Part shown: piece by piece, positions 41,128-52,061 of the stretch
Layout: every line of letters starts with the position of its first letter
Numbering within the stretch: position 1 is the stretch's first letter
Origin: an uncultured Desulfatitalea sp.
GTDB taxonomy: Bacteria > Desulfobacterota > Desulfobacteria > Desulfobacterales > Desulfosarcinaceae
NCBI GenBank assembly: GCA_963668675.2
Contig: CAXXMB010000002.1
Span: 1,184,001 to 1,248,000 of the forward strand
Direction of reading: 5' to 3'
Length of the DNA: 64,000 nt
Notes under the pieces: model-generated
Told to the model about the DNA's origin: nothing
What the model saw: the letters and a program-made list of their open reading frames with translations, nothing else
The model's database searches: none
Made by a program: the position numbers and the translations under genes

Positions 41128-42018
41128 TTACAAGGGATAGGGCGTAAGACTCTCACATCCATCCGGAGTGACGAGAAGTGTCTGTTCAAATTGTGCCGAC
41201 AGGGAACCATCCTTGGTCACCGCCGTCCACTGATCTTCGAGGATGATCAAATCAACCCCCCCGAGATTGATCATGGGCTCAATCGTGAATACCATGCCCG
41301 GCACCAACCGAGCCCCCTGCCCGCGTTGTCCGAAGTGGGGAATTTGAGGCGGCTCGTGAAAATCGAAACCGACCCCGTGGCCCACGAAATCGCGCACCAC
41401 GGAGCACCCCTGGCCCTCGGCATACGTCTGGATCGCCCATCCGATATCACCGACGCTGTTGCCGGGCCGCACCATTTCCATCCCCTTCTTCAAACTCAGA
41501 CGCGCTGTATCGACGATCTTGCGTGCATCCGGGCCGGGCTCGCCAATGAAAAAGGTCCTGTTCGCATCGGCGTAATAGCCATCCAAAATGGTGGTGACAT
41601 CGACGTTGACGATATCGCCCTCTTTCAATCTCTTCTCGCCGGGAATGCCATGGCAGATCACCTCGTTGACCGATACGCAGACACTTTTGGGGAATCCGCG
41701 ATAGTTCAGTGGAGCCGGTATGCCGTTATTTTTCAGGGTGTATTCATGAACCCAGGTATTGATCTCCTCAGTAACAATGCCGGGAGAAAGACGTTGTTCC
41801 ACCAAATCGAGCGTGGCGATGACCAAGCGACCGGCGCGTCGGATCCCCTCTACATCTTTCTCCGCTTTCAATCGGATTTTGGGCAATTGCGGGTGGGTCT
41901 TGGGGCGCGCAGCATCGTCTTTCCCCAAACAGCAGCGTTTGTATTTTTTACCGCTGCCGCACGGGCAGGGATCGTTGCGTCCGACTTTTACACCTCTGGC
42001 TGGCTGGTTCACCCTCAA
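41128..42018 (-). CDS. map: Methionine aminopeptidase type I with N-terminal SEC-C motif
   Basis: [50 protein letters not shown]. Confidence 0.95.
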   Translation of the reverse strand: MRVNQPARGVKVGRNDPCPCGSGKKYKRCCLGKDDAARPKTHPQLPKIRLKAEKDVEGIRRAGRLVIATLDLVEQRLSPGIVTEEINTWVHEYTLKNNGIPAPLNYRGFPKSVCVSVNEVICHGIPGEKRLKEGDIVNVDVTTILDGYYADANRTFFIGEPGPDARKIVDTARLSLKKGMEMVRPGNSVGDIGWAIQTYAEGQGCSVVRDFVGHGVGFDFHEPPQIPHFGQRGQGARLVPGMVFTIEPMINLGGVDLIILEDQWTAVTKDGSLSAQFEQTLLVTPDGCESLTPYPL

Positions 42019-42200
42019 GAATCACCTATGGCATGGTTGGTTTTCGTTACGTTCTGTCTATCCTGTCGTTGCCCAACGTATAACGATCAGCCTGCGGGTG
42101 TCAATCGACTCTCTCTGCTGGTGGACAAACCCAATCGTTAAAGGTATATACAACAGATCCTCAATTTGATGCTCACAGAACAAGGAGGCTTTGGGAAACA

Positions 42201-42551
42201 ATGGATCGAGACGAAACCGGCGGCATCTCGGATCAGGAGTGGAAAAATCGGGTGTTGTGCAGCGACGAGAGCTGCATCGGCATCATCGGCCCGGACGGCC
42301 GCTGCAAGGAGTGCGGTCTGCCTTATGAGGGGGAACTGCCGATTACGTTTACGGATACAGCCGCTTCCGAAGCAAACGATGCGCAAATAGAAGCGTTATC
42401 CGAAAACGACACTGGCGATGAGGGGAACGAAGAAGAGAGTGCGTCCACATCCGATGACGATTGGGATCGGCGCAAACTGTGTGTCGACGAGAGCTGCATC
42501 GGTGTCATCGGCCCGGACGGTCGCTGCAAAGAGTGCGGCAAACCCGGGTAA
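42201..42551 (+). CDS. Small protein with two tandem Cys4 modules and an acidic linker
   Basis: LCxDESCIGxIGPDGRCKECG twice; SD AAGGAGG. Confidence 0.8.
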   Translation: MDRDETGGISDQEWKNRVLCSDESCIGIIGPDGRCKECGLPYEGELPITFTDTAASEANDAQIEALSENDTGDEGNEEESASTSDDDWDRRKLCVDESCIGVIGPDGRCKECGKPG

Positions 42552-42585
42552 AATTCAAAACCGCGTGATTACCGAAACGTAAATT

Positions 42586-42664
42586 AAACCACAGAGGGCA
42601 AAGAGATCACAGAGAAGAATCTTTAACTATCCATTCTCTGTGATCTCTTTGCCCTCTGTGGTTT
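42586..42664. repeat. Perfect 31-bp inverted repeat with 17-nt loop
   Basis: AAACCACAGAGGGCAAAGAGATCACAGAGAA (42586-42616) and its exact reverse complement (42634-42664). Confidence 0.9.
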
Positions 42665-42719
42665 TCTAAATACACGCCGCAAACACGTCATCACACGCAA
42701 GAGACTTAGTCGTTAGCCC

Positions 42720-44246
42720 TTAACGGTAATGACTGTAGTGAATATCATAGCGCTTGGCCTTGTAGGCGAACTTGCGAACCGTTGTTTTAAGCACCTTGGC
42801 GGCTCCGGTGATGTTGCCCCGGGTATTTTTGAGAGCATCGATGATCATCTCCCGCTCCAGGTTGGCGATGGCGTCTTCCAAAGAGAGTTCGGGTAGGGTG
42901 TCGGACTCCGATCCCGTCTGCAGGGTCGGTGGCAGGTGGTAGCTGTGGACCACGCCGCCGTCACAGAGCAGCACCGAACGCTCGATGCAGTTCTCCAGCT
43001 CACGCACGTTGCCCGGCCAGTGGTAGTCCATGAGCATATCGATGGCAGGCGTGGAAAAGCGCTTGATATCCTTTGAATTTTCCCGGTTGTATTTTTCAAG
43101 GAAGTAGTCGGCCAGCAGGAGCACATCGGTTTTGCGCTCACGCAGGGGGGGCATGTAGATGGGAAACACATTGAGTCGGTAATAGAGGTCCCCGCGAAAC
43201 GAACCATCCTCCACCGCCTTCTCCAGGTTCTTGTTGGTGGCCGCAATGATGCGCACGTCGACCTTGATGGTCCGCTGCCCGCCGACACGCTCGAACTCCT
43301 TCTCCTGAAGCACCCTCAACAGATTGGCCTGCACATCCAACCCGATGGAGCCAATCTCGTCCAGGAAGATGGTCCCCTTGTGGGCCAGCTCGAATTTGCC
43401 CAGCTTCTGCTTGATAGCCCCCGTAAAAGCCCCCTTCTCGTGGCCAAAGAGCTCGCTTTCGATCAGGTTTGCCGGGATGGCAGCGCAATTGACCTTGATA
43501 AACGGCCCTTTGGCTCTGGGGCTGTTGTAGTGGACCGAGTTGGCGACCAGCTCCTTGCCGGTGCCACTCTCGCCGCGCACCAATACCGTGGCGTTGCTTT
43601 TGCAGACCTGGGAGATCATCTGAAACACTTCACGCATCTTATTGCTGTTGCCGATGATATTGGTGACCCGATACTTGTTTTCCAGCTCGTCGCGCAACCT
43701 TTTGTTCTCGGCCCGCAACTGCTCCTTTTCACGGCGGATGGTCTCCAGGTTAATCACGTGCTGGGCGATCATGGTGGCCACCACCGCGAGCACCTTCTGC
43801 CCGTCTTTGAGGACATAGTGTTCGTCATAGGGCCTGTCCACGCTCAGCGCACCGACCACCTGGTTGCCCTTTTTGATCGGCACGCAGATAAAAGAGAGCT
43901 CCTCCGTATCCTTGCGCCTCTTGCGCACAGCGGTGCGATCCAGGAACATCGGCTCTTCACTGATTTTCGGGATGGAGACCGCCTTGCCACTCTGGATAAC
44001 CCGACCGGTCACCCCCTCTCCCAGCTTGTACTTGACGCGTTCGATGGCGCTTAACGACAGGTGGTGGGCCACCTCGATACTGATCTCGTTGCGCAACGGG
44101 TCGAGAATCGAAACCGTACCACGAACCATATTCATGGAGCTGGACAGGATATCCAGGACTTTATATAAAGATTTTTTAAGCTCCAGATGCTCGTTGAGGG
44201 CCTGACTGATTTCGTAAAAAAGGGTGACTTCTTCAATTCGTTTCAT
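42720..44246 (-). CDS. GAF-containing sigma54-dependent activator (NifA-like)
   Basis: [39 protein letters not shown], Fis-type HTH. Confidence 0.92.
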   Translation of the reverse strand: MKRIEEVTLFYEISQALNEHLELKKSLYKVLDILSSSMNMVRGTVSILDPLRNEISIEVAHHLSLSAIERVKYKLGEGVTGRVIQSGKAVSIPKISEEPMFLDRTAVRKRRKDTEELSFICVPIKKGNQVVGALSVDRPYDEHYVLKDGQKVLAVVATMIAQHVINLETIRREKEQLRAENKRLRDELENKYRVTNIIGNSNKMREVFQMISQVCKSNATVLVRGESGTGKELVANSVHYNSPRAKGPFIKVNCAAIPANLIESELFGHEKGAFTGAIKQKLGKFELAHKGTIFLDEIGSIGLDVQANLLRVLQEKEFERVGGQRTIKVDVRIIAATNKNLEKAVEDGSFRGDLYYRLNVFPIYMPPLRERKTDVLLLADYFLEKYNRENSKDIKRFSTPAIDMLMDYHWPGNVRELENCIERSVLLCDGGVVHSYHLPPTLQTGSESDTLPELSLEDAIANLEREMIIDALKNTRGNITGAAKVLKTTVRKFAYKAKRYDIHYSHYR

Positions 44247-44323
44247 GTGACTTTCCACTTGAGCGTAAGAGGTTACAGGCAACTTTGCCAATATCGCCTC
44301 ACACCATAACAAATTTGTAACAA

Positions 44324-45502
44324 ATGACAAGCACAACTATACTTCATATCGATATGGATGCCTTTTTTGCCTCGGTGGAGCAGATGGACAACCCGAGCCT
44401 CAAAGGCAAATGCGTGGTTGTCGGCGGCTCCCACCGCGGCGTGGTGGCAGCGGCCAGCTATGAAGCGCGCAGATTCGGCATCCATTCGGCCATGCCCATG
44501 TTCCAGGCCAGGCAAAAATGCCAGGCGTTGGTGGTCGTTCCACCACGCCGGAAGCGCTACAGTGAGATCTCCCGGCAGGTCATGGCGATCCTGCGCTCGT
44601 TCAGCCCGCTCGTGGAGCAGATCTCCATCGACGAGGCCTACGTGGATATCAGCGGCTGCCAGCGGCTGCACGGATCCCCGCGCCAGACAGCCCTGGCCAT
44701 CAAGAAACGAATCCAATCTCAAACGGACCTGACCTGCTCGGTCGGTATCGCCCCCAACAAATTCGCAGCCAAAATCGCTTCGGATATGGAGAAGCCCGAC
44801 GGCCTGACCGAGATCACCCCGGACCAGATGGCGGCCTTTATCGATAGCCTGCCCATCAGCAAAGTGCCCGGTGTGGGGCGCCGCGCCCAACAGACCCTGC
44901 ACCGCTGCGGCGTCGAAACCCTGGGAGAGGTCCGCCAATACACCACCGAGCAGATGGTGAAACGGCTGGGCAAGTTCGGCCGCCGCCTGTCGGCATTGGC
45001 CCACGGCCACGACGACTCCCCGGTCGTTCCGGAGACCCAGGCCAAATCGATCAGCAGCGAAATGACACTCGAGCAGGACACGCTAAGCCGTTCCGAGCTG
45101 TCGCGCCATCTGTTGGCCCAGTCCCAGAGCGTGGCCCGGCAGCTCAGACAACACGACATGCGGGCCCGCACCGTCTACCTGATTCTAAAAACCGTCGATT
45201 TCAAAAGGCACACCAGAAGCCACACCCTCGACCGACCGGTGCAGTCATCGGAAGCCATCTACCAGACGGCTATCACCCTTTTGGAAAACTATAGGCTCAA
45301 TATGCCGGTGCGTCTTGTGGGGGTCGGCACCGGTAGCTTGCAGCCAGCGTCGCAGCCCGTACAGCAGGAGCTCTTCCCTGAGGAGCCGGGGGAGCAACGT
45401 GCCCGATGGGAAAAAGTGGATCGCGCCGTGGACGCTGTTGCTGAAAAGTACGGCAAGTACAAGATCAGTCGCGGGTCGTTGGCAAAAAAGGATGAAGAAT
45501 GA
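44324..45502 (+). CDS. dinB: DNA polymerase IV
   Basis: [44 protein letters not shown]. Confidence 0.96.
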   Translation: MTSTTILHIDMDAFFASVEQMDNPSLKGKCVVVGGSHRGVVAAASYEARRFGIHSAMPMFQARQKCQALVVVPPRRKRYSEISRQVMAILRSFSPLVEQISIDEAYVDISGCQRLHGSPRQTALAIKKRIQSQTDLTCSVGIAPNKFAAKIASDMEKPDGLTEITPDQMAAFIDSLPISKVPGVGRRAQQTLHRCGVETLGEVRQYTTEQMVKRLGKFGRRLSALAHGHDDSPVVPETQAKSISSEMTLEQDTLSRSELSRHLLAQSQSVARQLRQHDMRARTVYLILKTVDFKRHTRSHTLDRPVQSSEAIYQTAITLLENYRLNMPVRLVGVGTGSLQPASQPVQQELFPEEPGEQRARWEKVDRAVDAVAEKYGKYKISRGSLAKKDEE

Positions 45503-45571
45503 ATACGCAAAAGCATGCATTGGGGTAAGGGTCAAACGTTGCTTTCGGATTTTGTGAAACTCGCAAAAGGA

Positions 45572-45751
45572 GGTGAGGTTGGTGGGTGGCATGCACCTCG
45601 TTAGCATTGCATGTCAGTGCCGTTTAGGCACGGCGGAGGATCAGCGGCCCGGACTGTTTGATCGCAAGCGAGTTTCCGGGACGCCCGGAGCCGTGCCTTA
45701 ACTGAACTAACATGCGTTTGCGTGAGGTGCATGCCACCCGCCAGACTCACC
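45572..45751. repeat. About 180-nt rod-like palindromic element (MITE/REPIN-like or ncRNA)
   Basis: Nested arms GGTGAG/CTCACC, TGGTGGGTGGCATGCACCTC/GAGGTGCATGCCACCCGCCA, AGGCACGGC/GCCGTGCCT, CCCGGA/TCCGGG. Confidence 0.75.
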
Positions 45752-45782
45752 GGATCATAAGCTCCAAAAAATTGCTATCAAA

Positions 45783-46709
45783 TCAGACCGACGACCTCTC
45801 ACCTTCAGCCTCCCACCGACCCAAACGATCCAACTCAAAAAGATACCGCACACCGCTTTTCAGCATGGTCATCAGAATCAAACCGAAAAAGAGAGGAAAG
45901 AGGATGCAGTCAAACACGTAGGCGGCGATATATTTCAGGGTGGCCGCGGCCATTTGCTCGGTCTCGAGCTTCAGGTAGGCGACCAGGGCCTTGACCCCCT
46001 GACCCATTTTGGCAATCTTCCCCTTCAAATCAAACGTTGAAAGTTCGTCAGCCCCCTCCCCTTCCGGGAAAAAGCGCCTATGAAGCCCCTCCGGGGAGAG
46101 CGCCTCGCCCAATGTTTCAAACTGGGCCTGGGAACTATCGAGTAGGGGTTTGGTAATACGTTGGGAAACCAATGACGCGCCTGTGATGGTCAAGGGCAGT
46201 ATAAGGTAGAGGACAAGGCACAACGCGGCACTGAAACGGCTTCCGGCCTTGAGAATCCGCTGAGCTCCATGCGCCCTGGGAAAAATCCAGCCGCTGAGGA
46301 TCCAGATGAACCAGATCGCCAGGAAAAGAACCAGCGCCCAGTGATCGACCATGGCAAGCCCCTGGAGGGCCAACTGCATCACCACAATGACGCTGGCACC
46401 TGCCATGGCTGCCCGCCAGGCAATGTCCACATAGTCATAGACCGGCTGTACCACATCGCCCAGCTCAACATTTACACCGACGCCGACCGATGATCCCTCG
46501 ACAATGGCCAGCCCGCTCTTGATGCCCGAGAGGATCAGGAAGCCGGCCAGTGCGCCGTCAAACGCGCTGTCGAGATATCGCTCATTGACGTGCTCCAGCC
46601 GTGACAATCCACACCAGCCAAAACCGCGATCGACAACACCCCTGGCAGCCAGCACCAGGGCTGCCAGCAGGAGTGTGAGAATGACCGCTCTTTTTGTCCA
46701 TTCGGGCAT
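45783..46709 (-). CDS. Hypothetical membrane protein
   Basis: Several TM segments; SGIKSGLAIVEGSSVG. Confidence 0.75.
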   Translation of the reverse strand: MPEWTKRAVILTLLLAALVLAARGVVDRGFGWCGLSRLEHVNERYLDSAFDGALAGFLILSGIKSGLAIVEGSSVGVGVNVELGDVVQPVYDYVDIAWRAAMAGASVIVVMQLALQGLAMVDHWALVLFLAIWFIWILSGWIFPRAHGAQRILKAGSRFSAALCLVLYLILPLTITGASLVSQRITKPLLDSSQAQFETLGEALSPEGLHRRFFPEGEGADELSTFDLKGKIAKMGQGVKALVAYLKLETEQMAAATLKYIAAYVFDCILFPLFFGLILMTMLKSGVRYLFELDRLGRWEAEGERSSV

Positions 46710-46750
46710 ATGTCTCAACCGGTCGGCATGGCCCTGCGCCTCTTCCGGTC

Positions 46751-47002
46751 CTAGTGGATTAGATTGGCCCCTTTTTCCGTAAGCTTAAGCTCGGGCACAG
46801 GTCCTTTCATTTCATACTTCAGAAAGCCCTTGGCCGCCAGTTGCTTTATCGCCTTCTCAAAGTCCTTCTTTTCGAAACCGCTCAGAAACGGAAGGTACTC
46901 TTCAGCAAGCCAGTTTTCCGGGATCATATCGTTCTCTTCACCTTCGATGGCCCTGAACTGATCCAAAATGTCTTTTTTAATGTCTTTGATACCTCTGCTC
47001 AT
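46751..47002 (-). CDS. Small hypothetical protein, winged-helix-like
   Basis: FEKAIKQLAAKGFL...LKLTEKGANLIH. Confidence 0.7.
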   Translation of the reverse strand: MSRGIKDIKKDILDQFRAIEGEENDMIPENWLAEEYLPFLSGFEKKDFEKAIKQLAAKGFLKYEMKGPVPELKLTEKGANLIH

Positions 47003-47286
47003 CGCCCATCCTTGTCCGTATTATATAGAATGAACTCGTCAGCGCCCGCCAGCTCATCACCCGGAGAGCGATCTATAGCCTTTTCTTCATGAAACCGCAC
47101 TGTTTTTTCAAAGCACCGTAAGTTAACGCATTTTTGTCGCTTTACAAGCCTCGGACTTACATCGAATATGAGATCCCAGAAGGAGAAGGAGGAAAGAGGA
47201 GTCAGGTACAGATCCAATCGTCACAAAGAGCGGGGAACATCGCTTGCGCACACCAACCGTTTGCGTCGGATTCGTCTCAGGCGAAA

Positions 47287-47868
47287 CTACAAGGTGCCCT
47301 TGAGTCCGATATCCGCAGCCACCGATCGCATGCCGTCGATTGTTTTCGAAATCAGTTCGGAACGTTCCAAGCCGAGCATCTGTGCGCCGCGATCGATGAT
47401 CGCACGATCAACTCCTGCGGCGAAACGCTTGTCTTTCCACTTCTTCATCACCGATTTGACCTTCAAATCAAGGACGCTTTTCGACGGTCTGACCAGGGCA
47501 GACGTGGCAATCAGTCCGGTCAACTCGTCCACCGCGTAGAGCGTCTTCTCCAGGTCGGATTGCGGCTCTACATCGCTGCATATGCCCCAGCCGTGGCTGA
47601 CCACCGCCCTCACATACGACTCCGGCCAGTCGCGGCTCCTCAGAATCTCGGCGCTTTTGCTGCAGTGCTGGTCCGGATACTGTTCATAGTCCAGATCATG
47701 GATCAGGCCGATGACCCCCCACTGCTCCTCGTCCGCCCCTTGCTCCCTGGCAAAGTGGCGCATCACCCCTTCCACGGCGAGGGCATGCCTGATCAAGCTG
47801 TCGCTTCGGGTATACTCCCGGAGCAGGGCCAATGCCTGCTCCCTGTTGGGTGTCGATGGTCCCTGCAT
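47287..47868 (-). CDS. HD/HDIG-domain hydrolase
   Basis: RHALAVE, GLIHDLDYE, VDELTGLI, FAAGVDR; SD GAGGAG. Confidence 0.88.
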   Translation of the reverse strand: MQGPSTPNREQALALLREYTRSDSLIRHALAVEGVMRHFAREQGADEEQWGVIGLIHDLDYEQYPDQHCSKSAEILRSRDWPESYVRAVVSHGWGICSDVEPQSDLEKTLYAVDELTGLIATSALVRPSKSVLDLKVKSVMKKWKDKRFAAGVDRAIIDRGAQMLGLERSELISKTIDGMRSVAADIGLKGTL

Positions 47869-47869
47869 A

Positions 47870-49105
47870 TCACTCCTCATCTGCATAGCGTTTCTGGATG
47901 GAACGCAACATCTCGTACCGGCTGAAGAAAACCTCCACCAGTTCAGGGTCGAAGTGGGTGCCGGAGTTCTTCTCGATCTGCTCCAGAATCGTGCTCTCTT
48001 CCCACGCCTCTTTGTAAGTACGCTTGGTGCTGAGGGCATCGAATACATCGGCCAGGGCCACAATGCGACCAAATAACGGAATCTCTTCGGCCTTCTTGCC
48101 GCGGGGGCTTCCGTCGGGCAGCGTGTACCCCTGGATTGGCTGTCCGGTGCGAAAATCGATGTGCCCGGGGTATCCGGTCCCGTCCCAGCGCTCATGGTGA
48201 TTGAGGGCCACCACGCCGGCCGCCTCGTCGAAGTCCGATTGCTGCTGCATGAAGAGACGGGCACCGTGGATGGTGTGCTGCTTCATATCTTCATACTCAT
48301 CGGTACTGAGACGGGCAGGCTTCTTCAGGATCAAATCGGAGGTGGCCACCTTGCCCACATCGTGGAGCATGGCGGCCATGCGCAGAACGTCACGGCTCTT
48401 GTCGATCACTTTACGGTCGACGTGATGCCTCAGGGCCCACTGTTCGTATATCTCCACCGCAAAGCCCGCTACCCGGTTGACGTGGGAGCCAGTCTCCCTG
48501 GGATCTCTCATCTCCGCCATCCGAATCATGCGCAGAATCAATGCACGGGTCATCTGGGCACGCTCCAGCGCCACGGCAGCCACCGAAGCAAAATGGTGCA
48601 TCACGAGCTCATCCCGGTGGGCAAAATGGACGATGCGTCCCTCCGCATCCTGAGCGTTGATGATCTGCAAAATCCCCAGAATCGTATGACTGCTGTTCTC
48701 CAGAGGGATGGTCAACACCGATTGGGTTTTGTACCCCGCGGTCTCGTCGAATTGATTGCTGAATCGATAGGGCAGCGTGGCCTCCAGACGATACACATCT
48801 TCGATGTTCAGGGCACGCCCTGTGGCGGCCACGTAACCGGCAATGCTCTTGGTGTCGATGGGGATCCTGAAAGTTGAATAGATGAGCTTTTCGTTTCTAG
48901 GCAGCTTTTTCTGCAGGGTATCGTTCTGGGTATAGGAGAAGTGGAGCCAGCCATCCTGGCGGATATAAATTGAGCCTGCGTCTGCATTGGCAAATTGACG
49001 TGCCCGGGTCAACACCCGCTCCATAAGGATATCCAGATCGTTGATTTGACTCAACTCGATCCCCAGGCGAGTCAGTCCGTCCAGCTTTTCCTGCTCGGTC
49101 AGCAT
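47870..49105 (-). CDS. GAF plus HD-GYP phosphodiesterase
   Basis: ADAGSIY, ETGSHVNRV, LHDVGKV, HHERWDGTGYP, ADVFDAL. Confidence 0.92.
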   Translation of the reverse strand: MLTEQEKLDGLTRLGIELSQINDLDILMERVLTRARQFANADAGSIYIRQDGWLHFSYTQNDTLQKKLPRNEKLIYSTFRIPIDTKSIAGYVAATGRALNIEDVYRLEATLPYRFSNQFDETAGYKTQSVLTIPLENSSHTILGILQIINAQDAEGRIVHFAHRDELVMHHFASVAAVALERAQMTRALILRMIRMAEMRDPRETGSHVNRVAGFAVEIYEQWALRHHVDRKVIDKSRDVLRMAAMLHDVGKVATSDLILKKPARLSTDEYEDMKQHTIHGARLFMQQQSDFDEAAGVVALNHHERWDGTGYPGHIDFRTGQPIQGYTLPDGSPRGKKAEEIPLFGRIVALADVFDALSTKRTYKEAWEESTILEQIEKNSGTHFDPELVEVFFSRYEMLRSIQKRYADEE

Positions 49106-49330
49106 CCGGCATCGCCCCCCTTGGCGGTCGCGAATGGGGTTATTGCGGGCAGTCATGAGCGCATCGGCGTTGCATGGCAAGAGAGCCACCACATTTACCA
49201 TTGGCTCGAATTCATAACCATATCAAATTGTTGCAAAATCGTCAAGCATCAACTTGGTAATGAATTAAAAAATCCATGTGTCCGTCAAAGGCTCTATGGT
49301 CATCACGGTTGATCTGGATGTCAATGCCAG

Positions 49331-49348
49331 GGCGTTCGTACGAACGCC
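49331..49348. repeat. Perfect 18-bp palindrome (REP-like)
   Basis: GGCGTTCGTACGAACGCC downstream of phoR. Confidence 0.5.
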
Positions 49349-49454
49349 GAAAGGCGGGCAATTTCCCCCTGTGACAAATGGGATGAGGTGCGATTCAATT
49401 TTCGGGTTGCGTTAGGCCAACATGCGGAGGCGATTCCAGCGAGTGGTCCGCACC

Positions 49455-51230
49455 TCACGCTAACGGAAGGAAGATGGTAAAGGCGCTGCCTTTACCCTGC
49501 ACGCTCTCCACCGTCACCTGGCCGTTATGGACCTGTACAATGTGTTTGACAATGGCCAGCCCCAAACCGGTGCCGCCCATACGGCGGCTGCGTGCTTTGT
49601 CCACACGGTAGAAGCGCTCGAACAGACGCGGCAGATGCTTCTTGGCAATTCCGATCCCCTCGTCCTTGACGCTGATTTGAAGCCGATCGGCATCGGCCCG
49701 GGCGGCCAGCTCGATGCGGCGATCCGAAGGACTGTACTTTATGGCGTTGTCTAGCAAGTTGACGATGGCCTGCTCAATGAGATCGGCGTCGATGGCCATG
49801 GCAAGTGCATCATCGCAAACGATATCCACCGTCATCGATTTCTCTTTGGCCTGGGGACAGCACCGCTGGTTGGCCGCATGCAAGATCGATTGGATCGGCA
49901 CACGCTCCAATCTCAGCAAGGGCTGGTGCTCGGCACCTTGCTCGAGACGGGCCAGTTGCATCAGATCGTCGACGATGGCGGTGAGCCGTTTGACATGCTT
50001 GTCGATAATCTCAAGAAACCGTTTTGCCTCCGCCGGATCGACATCCGATCCCTGACTCAACGTCTCAACGAAGCCCTGGATGGCCGTCAGGGGTGTCTTG
50101 ATCTCATGGCTCACATTGGCGGCAAAGTCGCTCCGCACGGTCTCCAGACGGCGCAACTGGGTCACATCGCTCAGCACCAGCAACGCACCCATGCGGTGTC
50201 CGTCGGGATCTGCCAGAGGGGTGCAGTGGGCCTGCAGGATCTGTTCACCGGCCTGGTAGAGAGCCACATCCCCCTGACTCACCTCTCCATGGTCGAGGGT
50301 GGAACGCACCATTTCATGCAGATCACGATTGCGCATCACCTCCTGGATGCTTCGTCCCTGAAGCACATCGGCGTGACCCTTCAGCAGCTTTGCAGCGGCC
50401 GCATTGTGGTGCAGAATCCGCTCTTCGCCATCCAGGGCGACAACACCCTCCACCATGCTCGAGAGAACCGCTTCACTCTCGTTGCGCTGCTGGACGACGG
50501 CCTGGATCCGCTCCTCCAACTCCTGGGCCATCTGATTCATGGCTTGGGCCAAACCGGCCAGCTCCGCTGTCTCGGGAGGCATTACGCGGTGGGATAATTC
50601 ACCACGCGCGAACCGGGCGGCACTCTGGCGCATGGTTTCGATGGGACGGCTGATGCGGCGTGAAATAACGAGGCACACCAGTGACGCCAAAATTGCCACG
50701 ACAACACCGCCCAGGGCGATGCGAAACTGCAGTGCCCGCAACCGCTGCTCAATGGCCGTAAGCGCCAGCGACACCCGAACCACTCCTGAGACGTTCTCCG
50801 TCCCAAGCGGATAGGCCAGGTACATCATGTGCTGACCCAGCGTATCGCTGAACCTCATGGCGGTGCCGGTATTCCCCTTCAGGGCCTCGATGATCTCCAG
50901 GCGGTCCCCGTGGTTCTCCATCTTCTTCGGGTCGGTTTCCGAATCGCCGACCACCGTCCCATCGGGCAGAATCACGGTCAGACGGGTGGCCATATCGAGA
51001 ACGACCTGTTTGCAAAATCGATCCACGGCCGCTGCATCCAACGGCGTGACCAGTGGCAAAAACTGGGGGGTCAGGAAGCGGGCCTGATGGAGCAGATCCT
51101 TGCGGACCTGGGACATGTAAAAGGAACGCATGGCATGGGAGGTGTACCAGCCGGTGGCCAGAAGGGCGAGCAGAACCAGGATCAGATAGGAGGGGTATAG
51201 CTGCCAGATGAGGCGTCTGCGCTGTATCAT
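49455..51230 (-). CDS. phoR: Phosphate regulon sensor kinase (HAMP-PAS-HisKA)
   Basis: MENHGDRLEI, ANVSHEIKTPLT, NAIKYS, FERFYRVDKARSR, GTGLGL. Confidence 0.88.
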   Translation of the reverse strand: MIQRRRLIWQLYPSYLILVLLALLATGWYTSHAMRSFYMSQVRKDLLHQARFLTPQFLPLVTPLDAAAVDRFCKQVVLDMATRLTVILPDGTVVGDSETDPKKMENHGDRLEIIEALKGNTGTAMRFSDTLGQHMMYLAYPLGTENVSGVVRVSLALTAIEQRLRALQFRIALGGVVVAILASLVCLVISRRISRPIETMRQSAARFARGELSHRVMPPETAELAGLAQAMNQMAQELEERIQAVVQQRNESEAVLSSMVEGVVALDGEERILHHNAAAAKLLKGHADVLQGRSIQEVMRNRDLHEMVRSTLDHGEVSQGDVALYQAGEQILQAHCTPLADPDGHRMGALLVLSDVTQLRRLETVRSDFAANVSHEIKTPLTAIQGFVETLSQGSDVDPAEAKRFLEIIDKHVKRLTAIVDDLMQLARLEQGAEHQPLLRLERVPIQSILHAANQRCCPQAKEKSMTVDIVCDDALAMAIDADLIEQAIVNLLDNAIKYSPSDRRIELAARADADRLQISVKDEGIGIAKKHLPRLFERFYRVDKARSRRMGGTGLGLAIVKHIVQVHNGQVTVESVQGKGSAFTIFLPLA

Positions 51231-51940
51231 CTTGTGTGCGTCTCCTCTCCTCTCTTTTCCGTGAAGCGGTACCCGACACCGCGTACGGTCTCGATCAGGT
51301 GGCCGCTCTCGCCCAGCTTCTTGCGCAAGCCGACGATCTGGACATCCACACTGCGGTCGGTGACCGGATAGTCGTCGCCGCGCACCGCATCGACGATCTG
51401 GGAACGGGTGAAGACCCAGCCCGGACGACTGGCCAGAAAGGCGAGCACCTGGAACTCCGTATAGGTCAGGTCTATGGGCCTATCGTCGATGGAGAGGCTG
51501 CGCCGGCCGCGGTCTATCAGCAGGCCGTGAATTCGGATGATCGCGTCGTCGGTTGCGGCCGGCACAGCGCGGCGACGGAAAACGGCACGAAGACGGGCCA
51601 GCAGCACCCGGGGGCTGAACGGTTTGGTTACATAGTCGTCGGCCCCCAACTCGAGGCCTGTGACGATGTCCACCTCCTCGCCTTTGGCGCTCAGCATCAC
51701 CACCGGGATCTGTCGGGTCTGCGGGTCGTTCTTCAGCTTGCGGGTCAGCTCCAGCCCGTCGATCCCCGGCAGCATCAGATCGATCACCAGGAGGTCGACG
51801 TGCTGGGTCTTGATCTTGCGCCAGGCGTCCTCCCCCGTCTCGGCACACAGCACCTCATACCCCTCACGGCTGAGGTGGAACCGCACCAGTTCAAGAATGT
51901 CCTCCTCGTCATCGACCACCAATATGGTCTCTTTGCCCAT
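51227..51940 (-). CDS. phoB: OmpR-family response regulator PhoB
   Basis: VVDDEEDI, DLMLPG, GADDYVTKPF, DRSVDVQIVGLRKK, TVRGVGY; coupled to phoR. Confidence 0.85.
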   Translation of the reverse strand: MGKETILVVDDEEDILELVRFHLSREGYEVLCAETGEDAWRKIKTQHVDLLVIDLMLPGIDGLELTRKLKNDPQTRQIPVVMLSAKGEEVDIVTGLELGADDYVTKPFSPRVLLARLRAVFRRRAVPAATDDAIIRIHGLLIDRGRRSLSIDDRPIDLTYTEFQVLAFLASRPGWVFTRSQIVDAVRGDDYPVTDRSVDVQIVGLRKKLGESGHLIETVRGVGYRFTEKRGEETHTR

Positions 51941-52061
51941 GGTCCAAACCCTTTGTCGGTTCATCCCGGCATCCCGGCGGCTATTTGGATAGAGCCCGCC
52001 CGATCGGGACAGAATTGGGCGAATCGCACCCCCTCACATCAGCACTGTTTATCCTGACAAG

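Noticed and set aside
41128..42018. SEC-C fused to methionine aminopeptidase as a novelty
   Set aside because: A known, recurrent architecture
47003..47070. Fluoride riboswitch-like GGTGATGAG...GCTGACGA on the minus strand
   Set aside because: The P1/pseudoknot pairing is missing and the downstream gene is unrelated
47869..48264. N-terminal extension of the HD protein in the ORF track
   Set aside because: Overlaps the HD-GYP gene in another frame; the SD supports a start at 47868
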